IMG/VR virus record: IMGVR_UViG_3300036766_001430
Coordinates: 1-59,459 of that record
DNA from: a virus
Lineage: Duplodnaviria > Caudoviricetes
Strand: one strand, 5' to 3'
DNA length: 59,459 nucleotides
In this document: positions 37,821-46,831 of the stretch, piece by piece
How the letters are laid out: every line of letters begins with the position of its first letter
Numbering within the stretch: position 1 is the first letter of the stretch
Notes under the pieces: model-generated
What the model saw: the letters and a program-made list of their open reading frames with translations, nothing else
Database searches by the model: none
What the model was told of the DNA's origin: nothing
Translations under genes and position numbers: made by a program

Positions 37821-39382
37821 ACGCCGTGCTTCACGTCTGCATTCACCTTCGCCTGCCCCTCGTTGACCTCGACTCGGATCGCCTCAAGCGCGGCATCGCG
37901 CTCAGCACGCGGGTACTCCCGTAGACCCAAGCTGGAAAACTTCTCCCGCGTCATATGCTCGAACGCACTATCGGTGTACTGCTCACGTGCGCACGTCCTG
38001 CCTTCCTCGTCGTACGTCTTACACTCGGCTTCTAGTTTTTTGGTCGAAAGTACAAGCATCAACGGAGGCGCTTTGTCGTGGTCCATATGCCGCCACTGGC
38101 TCACGACGTAGTGAATCCAAGCAGCCGGCCGAACTTCGAGCGCGAGGCACGCGGCAGCAAACGAAACGAGTCGCGCATGGTACTTGGTGCGCTGCGTCGG
38201 TTTGTTCTTCACCGCCCACACGGTTCGCTTGTCCTTCGGGAAGATGCGCTCACACGCGCCCACGTACCAATCGCGCACGAGTGCGGCGTGACGTTCGGGT
38301 GAATCGTCGGGGTTGAGGAGCGGCGCGTGGGGCACACGAACCACGAGGTGCTCGACGCTGAGCGATCGATACGATCGGGTGGGCGAGCGAGGCTCTGGTC
38401 TCTCGAAAGAAGATCGTGGGAGCCCGGCCGGCGCTTCGACGGCGGTATTCTCCGAAGGAGAATTAGACCCAGACGAGAGAAGAGAAAGAGATCTGAGATC
38501 GTCCCTCGTTTGATTACCAAGGGTCACCTCGTTTGATTCGACAACCCCTCGTTCGGTTTGCGGGCGCAAGTGCGCGGAACCACGAGACGCGCGAGACCTC
38601 GCGAGCGCGTCACCGAGGGGGTCGCGAGGGCCCCGATCTGCCGGTCCCCAGTCGCCTGCTCCGTGCCTGACCATGCCCTTGCCACTGCCCTTCGGCCGAC
38701 CCGAGCCGACGCGCTTGCCCCCGCGGTGCCCCGCGCCGGTGGCGACGGCGCGTTCCCACGCGAGCGCGAGCGGCGCAAACGACGCAGCGGGCACGCACGC
38801 CGCATCGAGCGACGTGCGCAAGATGCCGTACGCGCGGCGCCAGAACAGGCTTCGATCGCGAGAGTTGAGTTGCCATCCGAGCACTTCGAGCAACCCGACC
38901 TTGCGCAGTTTGCCCAACGCGCGCTCGATCGCGGCATGACCCGCGCGCACGCCGCGCGCCTTGAGCATCCTCGACATCCCGTCGATGCCTGCGAAGAGAG
39001 CACCGCGCGCCTCGACCAATGATCGCGACGTCTCACGCATGTCGGTGAGCAGCGCCCAGACGCCGAACGCCGTGGGCCCTAGCGCGGTCACGAGCGCGGC
39101 GTGGCGAACGACGAGCTGTCCCGCGTGCTCCGGGGCGCGCACCCCAGCTAGGAGCATCGACCGCGACGGCAGCCCGCGGCCCTTATCGGGCCGCAGGGCT
39201 TCACGGCCGGTGTCGTAGCGCTCGCCCTCCTGGAGAGGGCGCGGCCGGGGGTTCGAGGCAGGAGTAGCGACACGACTTTGACCGCGGGGCCCAAAGAGAG
39301 CGAGATCGAAGGGATCCGCAGTCGTGTCGCTGCTCATACCCGGAACAAGAGAAGCCGTAGACGAGTCCAGCATAGCTAACAC
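37805..39382 (-). CDS. Putative replication initiator (N-terminal wHTH, AT-hook-like motif)
   Basis: LGPTAFGVWALL...IERALGKLRKVGLLE wHTH; RGGKRVGSGRPKGS; internal repeats; upstream of the helicase. Confidence 0.55.
   Translation of the reverse strand: MLAMLDSSTASLVPGMSSDTTADPFDLALFGPRGQSRVATPASNPRPRPLQEGERYDTGREALRPDKGRGLPSRSMLLAGVRAPEHAGQLVVRHAALVTALGPTAFGVWALLTDMRETSRSLVEARGALFAGIDGMSRMLKARGVRAGHAAIERALGKLRKVGLLEVLGWQLNSRDRSLFWRRAYGILRTSLDAACVPAASFAPLALAWERAVATGAGHRGGKRVGSGRPKGSGKGMVRHGAGDWGPADRGPRDPLGDALARSRASRGSAHLRPQTERGVVESNEVTLGNQTRDDLRSLSLLSSGSNSPSENTAVEAPAGLPRSSFERPEPRSPTRSYRSLSVEHLVVRVPHAPLLNPDDSPERHAALVRDWYVGACERIFPKDKRTVWAVKNKPTQRTKYHARLVSFAAACLALEVRPAAWIHYVVSQWRHMDHDKAPPLMLVLSTKKLEAECKTYDEEGRTCAREQYTDSAFEHMTREKFSSLGLREYPRAERDAALEAIRVEVNEGQAKVNADVKHGVWVWR
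38504..38558. repeat. Iteron-like direct repeats CCTCGTT(T/C)G(A/G)TT x3
   Basis: Copies at 38504-38515, 38527-38538 and 38547-38558, next to a purine-rich stretch (about 38455-38500). Confidence 0.55.
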
Positions 39383-39501
39383 CGCTCCACCGTCCAGGGT
39401 TACGTTGTCGAGCGCGCGCGGTGGTCAAAAGCCCGCGCACGCTCCTTGCCCCCAGTCAGGGCTCCCCGCGGCGCATTGTTACGCGACGGGGGACGAGTCT
39501 T

Positions 39502-41004
39502 CTACTTGGCTGCTCCACTTTCGTCGAGGGGATAGTGCGCTTTCTTTTTGGGGAGCATCGCGGGCACCGTAAGTGCTTGATCGATCGTGATTGTGTGCCC
39601 TTCGGCAGCGTACGCACGCAGCCGATCGGCCGTGTGCTTCGCTAGCCACTTGCACCCCTTGTGCGCGAGCCCACGGCACCCGCAGCCCTTGTCCGCGATG
39701 TCCCATACCTCGAACGTCGTCTTGTCCTTCGTCGTTCGCATTCCGCGTCCGATGCGCTGGAGAGTCGCGATGACGCTCTTGCCCGCGCTCGCGACGACGA
39801 CAGAGCGCAAGTCTGGGATGTCGGTGCCCTCCTGGAAGATCACCGAGCACACCAGCACGTCGATGCGGCCGGCGATGAGGTCGCGCACCTTCGTGTCGCG
39901 TTGCACGCCTGCCGAGTCTCCCCAGACGAATGCCGTCTTGATGCCGGCGCGCCAGAGCGCCTTCTCCACGAGCTTGCCGTGCGAGATCTCCTTGACGAAG
40001 ACCAAGCACGGCTTCTCCGCGCGTGACGCGCAGTCGACCACGACCGCGTTGCGCACCTTCGACTTGACGACGCCTCTGCTGTACGCGCGGGCGAACGTCG
40101 TGTCGGTGCGCTGGTCCCCAAGGTCGTTCACGTCCACGATGGCCTCGTGCACCTCGACCATGCGGATGTGCGGCTTGGCGAGCACGCCTTCGTCGATGAG
40201 CTTCTCCGTCGCGAGCCGGTAGATCACCGGCCCCAACGCACCGACCGCGAGCAGTGAGCGCTTGTCCCCACGCGCGAGCGGCGTGCCCGAGAGACCCACG
40301 CGCCAGTACGCGCGAGGGGTCGCCATCGACACGCGGTAGAAGCTCGCAGCCGGGAGCACGTGGCACTCGTCCACGATGAGCCCTTCGGTGCGAGCGAGGA
40401 GCGCGAGCGCGCGAGGGTCGGCCTTCTCCAAGAGCCGCGACAACGTCTGGAACGTCGCGCAGACGAACGTGGCGTCGTCGGGAACGTTCCACACGCCCTC
40501 GCCGATGCGCCCGGTGGGTAGCTTGGTTCGCGTTTCGTAGCGGTCAGCCGCCTGCGTGCCGAGCGTCGTGCGGTGGACGAGGAAGAGCCACGTCACCGGG
40601 AAGCGCTGCGCGAGGGCCGCAGCCACCTCCGTCTTGCCCGAGCCCGTGGGCATCCAGAGGATGCCCCTGGTCTTGGCTTCGACCGCCGCCACGGCGTCGT
40701 GCTGGTAGTCACGCAGCCACGCGATGTCCGCGGTGAGGTCGGGCGGCACCGGCTCCACGCGCTTGTCGAGCACCTGGACGTTGAACCCTTCCTCCGTGCC
40801 CGCCTTGATCACCATCGGCATGAAGCCGGTGGGGAAGGTCTGCGCGAAGATGTTGAAGAGCCTGATGCGCCCGTCGGTGGCCCCCGCCTTGCGACGGTAG
40901 TGCGACGTGCTGTCCTCGAAGGCGAGGTACTCAGAGAGCCACGAGCGCTCATCGTCGCTGGCCTGGATGATGCGCGCGTGCAGGTTGCCCGTCTCGATGA
41001 TCAC
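39502..41004 (-). CDS. Superfamily 2 DEAD/DEAH helicase
   Basis: LRDYQ, PTGSGKT, DECH, LSGTP, EGTDIP, QRIGRGMR. Confidence 0.93.
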   Translation of the reverse strand: MIIETGNLHARIIQASDDERSWLSEYLAFEDSTSHYRRKAGATDGRIRLFNIFAQTFPTGFMPMVIKAGTEEGFNVQVLDKRVEPVPPDLTADIAWLRDYQHDAVAAVEAKTRGILWMPTGSGKTEVAAALAQRFPVTWLFLVHRTTLGTQAADRYETRTKLPTGRIGEGVWNVPDDATFVCATFQTLSRLLEKADPRALALLARTEGLIVDECHVLPAASFYRVSMATPRAYWRVGLSGTPLARGDKRSLLAVGALGPVIYRLATEKLIDEGVLAKPHIRMVEVHEAIVDVNDLGDQRTDTTFARAYSRGVVKSKVRNAVVVDCASRAEKPCLVFVKEISHGKLVEKALWRAGIKTAFVWGDSAGVQRDTKVRDLIAGRIDVLVCSVIFQEGTDIPDLRSVVVASAGKSVIATLQRIGRGMRTTKDKTTFEVWDIADKGCGCRGLAHKGCKWLAKHTADRLRAYAAEGHTITIDQALTVPAMLPKKKAHYPLDESGAAK

Positions 41005-41170
41005 GTGCGCTCCTTCAGAATGACTCGCTGGTCGTTGTAGAATGCAGCCAGATAGGTGCAGTACGAGCACCCCAGGTGCGTCGTGCCCATCCGGCTCCGC
41101 TCGCTGCATAGCGCGGCCATCGCGTCGAGTCGAAGGTGGTGCAGCCGCTCGCGTTCGAGCTGCGCCGCGG

Positions 41171-41434
41171 TCACGCTCCACCTCGCCGGTCGAGAGATGC
41201 ACGCCGACGTCGGCTGCTCCGACGTATCGCCCGGCCGTTGGGGCAGATGCAGGTCGCTCGAATGCCGCACGGTACACCGCGCGGGCTTAGCACGTGCGCG
41301 GTAGTGTCGACCCACCCGCTGTTACCGCAGAGACCGCAGAGCGGGATGGCTATGCCCATCGTGGCTTGCGGAACGAGCACCGTGAACTCTAGCCAGAGCG
41401 GCCTGCGCTTCTCGCGCACTTTGCGGGAGGTCAT
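41171..41434 (-). CDS. Small Cys-rich (Zn finger) protein
   Basis: CGLCGNSG...CICPNG; AGGAGG SD. Confidence 0.5.
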   Translation of the reverse strand: MTSRKVREKRRPLWLEFTVLVPQATMGIAIPLCGLCGNSGWVDTTAHVLSPRGVPCGIRATCICPNGRAIRRSSRRRRASLDRRGGA

Positions 41435-41561
41435 GCCGTCCTCCTGGAGCGACGGCGCTGCGTACGGATGGCGTGGAGGTTCGCCTTGATCATCAGCGCG
41501 ACGGACCTCCAGAGCAGAAGCCCCTCGCTGGTGGCTACGTACTTCGGGAGGACGCGCGCGG

Positions 41562-41984
41562 TCATCGCGCACCTCCTTCGGCGAGGGGCAGGTAAAGGTA
41601 GCGCACGCCCTCAGACCACGCGTCGATGAGCGCGCGGGCGCTCTTGTCCCGGCGCTTGATGTCGTCATCGTCCGGTTTGCGGTCGGCTCGCACGACGAAG
41701 CCGCTCGCGCGCTCGCGCAGCAACGCCACGACGTGATCCGGGATGCTGACAATGCGCACAAACACGACCTTATCAACCGCGAACACCGCGGCACACAAGC
41801 ACTCGATGCGCGCGTTGTCGTGGTCGATCGCCTGCGACGCGACCGTCGTGAGTAGCTTGCACCGGATGCAGTCTGCATCCGTCGCGTGCGGGAGGTGATC
41901 GCCTGAGCGGTCGTACTCGCGGATGAGCGCGAGCACGCCGCTGACGAGGAGGTCGAGAGACGTGGAGCGTGATTCGTTGGTCAT
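41562..41984 (-). CDS. Hypothetical protein
   Basis: AAGGA SD; 140 aa. Confidence 0.55.
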   Translation of the reverse strand: MTNESRSTSLDLLVSGVLALIREYDRSGDHLPHATDADCIRCKLLTTVASQAIDHDNARIECLCAAVFAVDKVVFVRIVSIPDHVVALLRERASGFVVRADRKPDDDDIKRRDKSARALIDAWSEGVRYLYLPLAEGGAR

Positions 41985-42016
41985 GGTACTTGGTCCTTTG
42001 GTCGTGGAGAGGGTCG

Positions 42017-42274
42017 TCAGGTTTTTTTCTTCGGGGTCGGGCGCGCGTGCAGCGTGTCGGCCACCGCGCGCATCGGCGGGTTGTCCGCGTAGAACGTGAG
42101 GAGCGAGGCGATGAGGATGTAGAGCACCCTCCCCTCCTTCGTTCCGACGATGTCGCCGTCACCCGCCATGCGGTGGATCGTCTGGAGCGACTTGTTGAGC
42201 ACTTCGGCGACTCGCTTGGCCGGCGCGTAGCCTGCGGCGATCATGATGGGGTTGGTCTTGGTCGACACGTTCAT
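42017..42274 (-). CDS. Small HTH (excisionase-like) DNA-binding protein
   Basis: AKRVAEVLNKSLQTIHRMAGDGDI.G.K.G..LYI. Confidence 0.6.
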   Translation of the reverse strand: MNVSTKTNPIMIAAGYAPAKRVAEVLNKSLQTIHRMAGDGDIVGTKEGRVLYILIASLLTFYADNPPMRAVADTLHARPTPKKKT

Positions 42275-42777
42275 TCTCCTTCGGTCCATCGCAGACCGCG
42301 GATGGTAAGCGAGATGGTTGTTTGCGAAACGCGTAGCTTGCGAGCGATGGCGTCCTGCGCCATCCCGCGGAGTGCGAGAGCGCGCGCCTGGTCGGCGGTC
42401 TTCGGTGTTAGCTTCGCGCTCGGGTTCGACGTGCCTGGCATGCGCCAGACGCGTCCGGTCGATCGGCGATCAAGCAGGTTCTCGCGACGCGTACCCCACA
42501 CCAGATTGGTGAGGCGGTTGTCGGCTCCGACGTCGTTGCGATGACGGCACTCCAGGCCCCTCGGGCAAGGTCCGACGAACGCTTCGAGCACGAGCCGGTG
42601 CACCTTCTCGACTCCGTCAGGGAGGGTGACCGTCACGTGCCCAGAGCGCTGCGTTCTGCCGACCATGATGCGTCCGGCGCGAGTGCCCTTGCCTGCCGTC
42701 GCTCGGCGAACGCGTCCGAGGTCTGAGACCTCGTATCGCGAATCACGCGGGCACGCACGCCATCGTTCGCGCTTCAC
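42271..42777 (-). mobile_element. NUMOD4-HNH homing endonuclease
   Basis: ERWR...YEVSDLGRVR (NUMOD4); VHRLVLEAFVGP.P.GLECRHRND...DNRLTNL.WGTRREN. Confidence 0.92.
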
Positions 42778-43412
42778 TCACCCTCGATGAGCACGAGCAG
42801 AGCGGTGCCGAGCGAGCCCCCGGCGGCAGCACGACGAAGCCGGCGCTTCGCCTTCGCCATGTCGGCCTTCGTCTCGAAGGCGACCTCCAAGATGAACTCG
42901 GAGGGGGTCGGCCGCACGGCCGTCTCGTCACCGAGGTGCTGCCCCATGAGGTCGTCCGCATCGGGGTCGGTGTTGGCCGCGCGCAGCAGCGCGTTGACCT
43001 CGTCCTCGCTGTAGCCGGTGAGCAGCAGCTCCTCGTGCGTGTGCCCGGCGTTCACCATCTCGGCGAGCACTTCAGCGACGATGCCCAGGTCCAGCTCGCC
43101 ACGCAGGCGGTTCATGCTGATCCGAAGCATCTTCTCGTCCTCCAACGGATAGTCCGGTGGGAGGACGACGGCAGCGATCTCCACGCGCTCGGCAACGAGC
43201 GCGGCCTTCGAGCGGTGGTGCCCGTCCACGATGCGGAAGCGGCCGGGGGGCGCGCCGTTCGTCGCAACCAAGATCGGCTGCAGCTCCCCGAACCGTCCCA
43301 TCGCCTTCGCCAACGTGGCGACGTCCTTGTCCCCCATCACGTTGGGGTTGTTCTCGCAGGCGTCGAGTGCGTCGAGCGCAACGACCTGCTGAGTGGTCTC
43401 GTACCTTGTCAT
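42774..43412 (-). CDS. Second ParB/Srx-like protein
   Basis: NNPNVM...FGELQPILV...IVDGHHR..AA...ISMNRLRGE. Confidence 0.85.
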   Translation of the reverse strand: MTRYETTQQVVALDALDACENNPNVMGDKDVATLAKAMGRFGELQPILVATNGAPPGRFRIVDGHHRSKAALVAERVEIAAVVLPPDYPLEDEKMLRISMNRLRGELDLGIVAEVLAEMVNAGHTHEELLLTGYSEDEVNALLRAANTDPDADDLMGQHLGDETAVRPTPSEFILEVAFETKADMAKAKRRLRRAAAGGSLGTALLVLIEGE

Positions 43413-43963
43413 GTCTTCGTCTCCTCTGATAGAAGCCATAGAGCCTCATCGGACACGATGCTAGTGCGGAGTCTCGCTGATGCCGCGTAGACATCGCGCA
43501 GGGGCACGCCGGTCTCGCTCGCGATCTCGCGCGGCGTTCCTTCGCCGAGGAGCACGGGCAGCGCGAGCGCGTCCTGCTCCGCGACAGCGAGCGCGCGAGC
43601 CCGCACCCGCTCCGTCCAGCGCAGCTCATCGAGCAACGCTTCGGGAGTGGGCGTGGTGCATGGGAGCGATTCGTCGAGGTCTGCCCGACGCGAGACGCGC
43701 AAGCGCCACGGGTCGCTCATCCCCCCAGACACCGGCGATGACTCCTTCCAGAGCCAACGCCTCATCGAGAACGTCACCGCCCTCCAGACGTACCCGGCTT
43801 CGGGTACGCCCACGCGCGGCTCGAACGTACCGCGCGCGAGGATGGCCGCTTCCCACCCGGACTGCGCGAGGTCATCCCGGTCGGCCCACCAGCACCGGCG
43901 CGCGTAGCGGGCTGCTACGCGGCGCACGATGAGGTCCACCTGCGCGTCCGTTAGGCGCGTCAC
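43409..43963 (-). CDS. Sigma-70 family RNA polymerase sigma factor
   Basis: VRRVAARY...DDLAQSG.EA...FEPRVG...Y (region 2) and TPREIASETGV..V (region 4). Confidence 0.75.
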   Translation of the reverse strand: MTRLTDAQVDLIVRRVAARYARRCWWADRDDLAQSGWEAAILARGTFEPRVGVPEAGYVWRAVTFSMRRWLWKESSPVSGGMSDPWRLRVSRRADLDESLPCTTPTPEALLDELRWTERVRARALAVAEQDALALPVLLGEGTPREIASETGVPLRDVYAASARLRTSIVSDEALWLLSEETKT

Positions 43964-45745
43964 GGCTTCACCCAGAGCAAGCGCTCGACCAGCTTGACGA
44001 GGTCGGCCGGTGCCGCGTCGCGCGGTGGCGCGACGCGAGTGCCCGGCTTCTGGCAGGTGCGGATCACCGACCACTTGCCGTTCGGCAGCTTGTGGTTCAC
44101 GAGAGGGTGCTTGCATCGCACGTGGCACATCCCCGCAGGGGGCGGTTTGCCCGGCGAGACGCGTGCCTTGCGCAAGCCATCCTCGGCCTGCGCCGCGAGC
44201 CAGAGCAAGCGGCACTTCTCGTCGCGCTCGATGTCGCGTGCTCGGCGCGCTGCGTATTCGCCGGACAGGACGTCATCGAGCACGCTCAGCTCGCACGCCG
44301 CGCGTGACCCCGCGGCTCGCGCCTCGGCATCATCCGACCCCTTGGACTTGTAGAGGTCGCGCGCCGCGTCCAGCTCGATGCGGAGCGCGGGCAGCGCGGC
44401 GGTGTCGCCGCTCTGCTTGGCGGCGTCGATGATCTGGCGAGCTGCGTCGAACCACGCCTTGAGCGCGGGGTTCATCGCGACACCGCCGGGCTCGTGTCGT
44501 GCACGGGGCACGGCTTCGTGTGCGGGCACGAGGGCGACTCACCGTGCTTCGTGATGAAGAGAATGCGCCCGCACGGCTCGGGTGCGTCGGGCTCCTCGGC
44601 ATCGAGACCGGGCTGGCCGACCGTGACCGCCCAGATGATCGCTTCCTCGATCGTCAGCGCATCGTCGATGATGCCCTGCTTCCTGCGCGGATCAGTCTCG
44701 TGGGAGCAGACCGAGTCGACCGACCCCACGCCAGGACCGGCGCTTAGGATGACGGCCACCCCGGTCGCGATGTCGATGGCCTCTTCCTCCGTCGCCGCAC
44801 CGATGTGGATGCGGCGCGTCTCGACCGGCGTGCCGGCTGCGCGCTCGAACGAGACGAGGACCGTGAACCGGCGCGCGCTCATCGCGCACCGCCCGTCTTG
44901 AGCGCGGCGATGGCTGCGGCCTTCGTGTCGTACGTGCTCTGGATGAGCGCCGGTGCGCGCGCGATCATGTACGCGTGGAACTGCTGCACGTCCGCGCTGA
45001 GCAGCGACAGCGCGAAGTCGCGCTCGTCCAAGTCGGCCTGGGCGGTCTTGAGCAGGTCGCTCGCGAGGTCGGACGCGAGCACCTCAGCGACCATGCGCCA
45101 AGGGGACGAGTAGGTGTTGCGGTCGACCAGGCACGTTGCTCCGCGCTCGCGCAGCGCGACGCACACCAGGTCCATGGACGTGCCGTACGACGACACTTCG
45201 GCGAGGATGCGCGCGGCCCAGGTCGGGATGGTCTTGGCGTCCACCAGCATCTCCTTCGAGCCGCGCTTCTTCTTCGTGATCTGGACGACCTTCACGATCG
45301 CCTGCGGCACCTCCTGGCGCGTGGCCTCGTCGAACGTGTAGTCACGGCGCGTCGTGAGGAGTCGGCTCGTGGCCGAGATGCACCTCATCCCGTGCTGGTG
45401 ATGCCCGACGCCAGCGCGGCGCACCGTGCGCTCGCAGCGCGAGCAGCGGACGAGGACGCCGTTGAAGCCGAACGCGGCCTTCGTCGCGGCGACGAAGCGC
45501 GGCCGGGCAGCCTCGGTGAGCCGGATGATGTCGCGCTCCTCCAACGCGACCTTGCGGGACACGCCGACGGATTCGAGATGGCAGGTGGTCGGGCGGTTCG
45601 CCGTGCCCCAGCGATCGTTCTCGTTGACCGTGCCGTGCACGATGGCGGCCGAGTCGGACGTGTAGCAGGTGAACATCCCAGGTTGGCCGGGGATGGGGCG
45701 GCAGCTTTTGCAGCGTGAGAGACCTCGGTGCGAGTGTCGTGACAT
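43960..45745 (-). CDS. Three coupled hypothetical ORFs (43960-44475, 44472-44882, 44879-45745)
   Basis: Overlapping start/stop codons; co-oriented. Confidence 0.55.
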
Positions 45746-45842
45746 TGGTTTCTTCTCCGTGGGTACTTGGTTCGTGGTTTTCGGTCGTGGGCTCTGCAGC
45801 TCCACGGCACGCGACCCCCGCAGGGAGCGCGTACCGTGCCGC

Positions 45843-46736
45843 TCAGGTCTTCATGTCGGGGGCTGCGGCGAGGAGCGCAGCAGCGATCGTCGCGCGCACG
45901 TCATCGAGCTTGTCGCGCAGGCCACCCAGGCGCGTGCCGAGGATGCCTTCGTACCGCGCGAGCTTGCTCTCCAGCTCCGTCGCGCGTCCCTCGTACCGCT
46001 TGCCGCTGAGCGCCTTGGCGCCCAGCTCGTTCTCGGTGATCTCCTTCTGCATCGTCGTCACCGCCTCGCTCGCTTCGACGGTGATCGCGTCGAGCACCGC
46101 TTCGATTGTCTCCTCGCAGCGCATCGCCGGGATGCGCTGGATGCGGTGGTTCGTCGCCGCGTGGATCGCTCGGCGCATCGCCTCCCAGACGGGCACCGCG
46201 TGGGGCGGTACGTAGTATGCGCCGCCCGTGTCCTTGAGCGAGACGGCGTCACACGAGTGGACCATCTTGGAGAGCCAGGTGCCCGCCTTGCTCGAAGAGA
46301 TCGTGTCGAGGTTCGCGAAGTACGAAGCGGTGATCGCCTCGACCAGCTTCTCGTCCGTGCTCGTGATGACCGGCCGGCCGGCGACATCGAGCTTGGCGAC
46401 CAGTCCCACGTCGTACGCCAGGTCATCGCCGGCTGCCGTCTCCTTGACCGAGCCCCAGCCCTTGCGCCCCTCCAGCGGGCGCAGCATCCGGCGCACCGAG
46501 CGCTCCACGTTGCGCCGCACCGCGGCCTTGAGCGCGGCGGCAGGCGTCTCGCTCTCGCAGAGCATCGCCTCATCGAGCGCTTCCGCCACCCAAGCCTCGC
46601 GCAGCTTGTCCAGGCTCATCTCCCCATCGAGGCGCCAGAGCGTGATCCGCCCAGCCGCGCCGTTGAGCGCGCTGTCGATCGCGATGAGCCCGTCCATGTC
46701 CGTCTTCGCCGCGGTGCCGTTGTTCGTCGTGTTCAT
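45843..46736 (-). CDS. DUF3150/DUF6744-like protein
   Basis: GRITLWRL...LREAW...TPAAALKAAV...GGAYYVP...coiled-coil C-terminus; follows the AAA/VWA pair. Confidence 0.55.
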   Translation of the reverse strand: MNTTNNGTAAKTDMDGLIAIDSALNGAAGRITLWRLDGEMSLDKLREAWVAEALDEAMLCESETPAAALKAAVRRNVERSVRRMLRPLEGRKGWGSVKETAAGDDLAYDVGLVAKLDVAGRPVITSTDEKLVEAITASYFANLDTISSSKAGTWLSKMVHSCDAVSLKDTGGAYYVPPHAVPVWEAMRRAIHAATNHRIQRIPAMRCEETIEAVLDAITVEASEAVTTMQKEITENELGAKALSGKRYEGRATELESKLARYEGILGTRLGGLRDKLDDVRATIAAALLAAAPDMKT

Positions 46737-46831
46737 GATCTTATCCGTTGTTTGTTGTTGTTCGTATCGTGCTCAGGCGCACGAGCCGCAGCGCGAAGGG
46801 CGAGCCCCTCGCATCGCGGCGGTCCTGCGTC

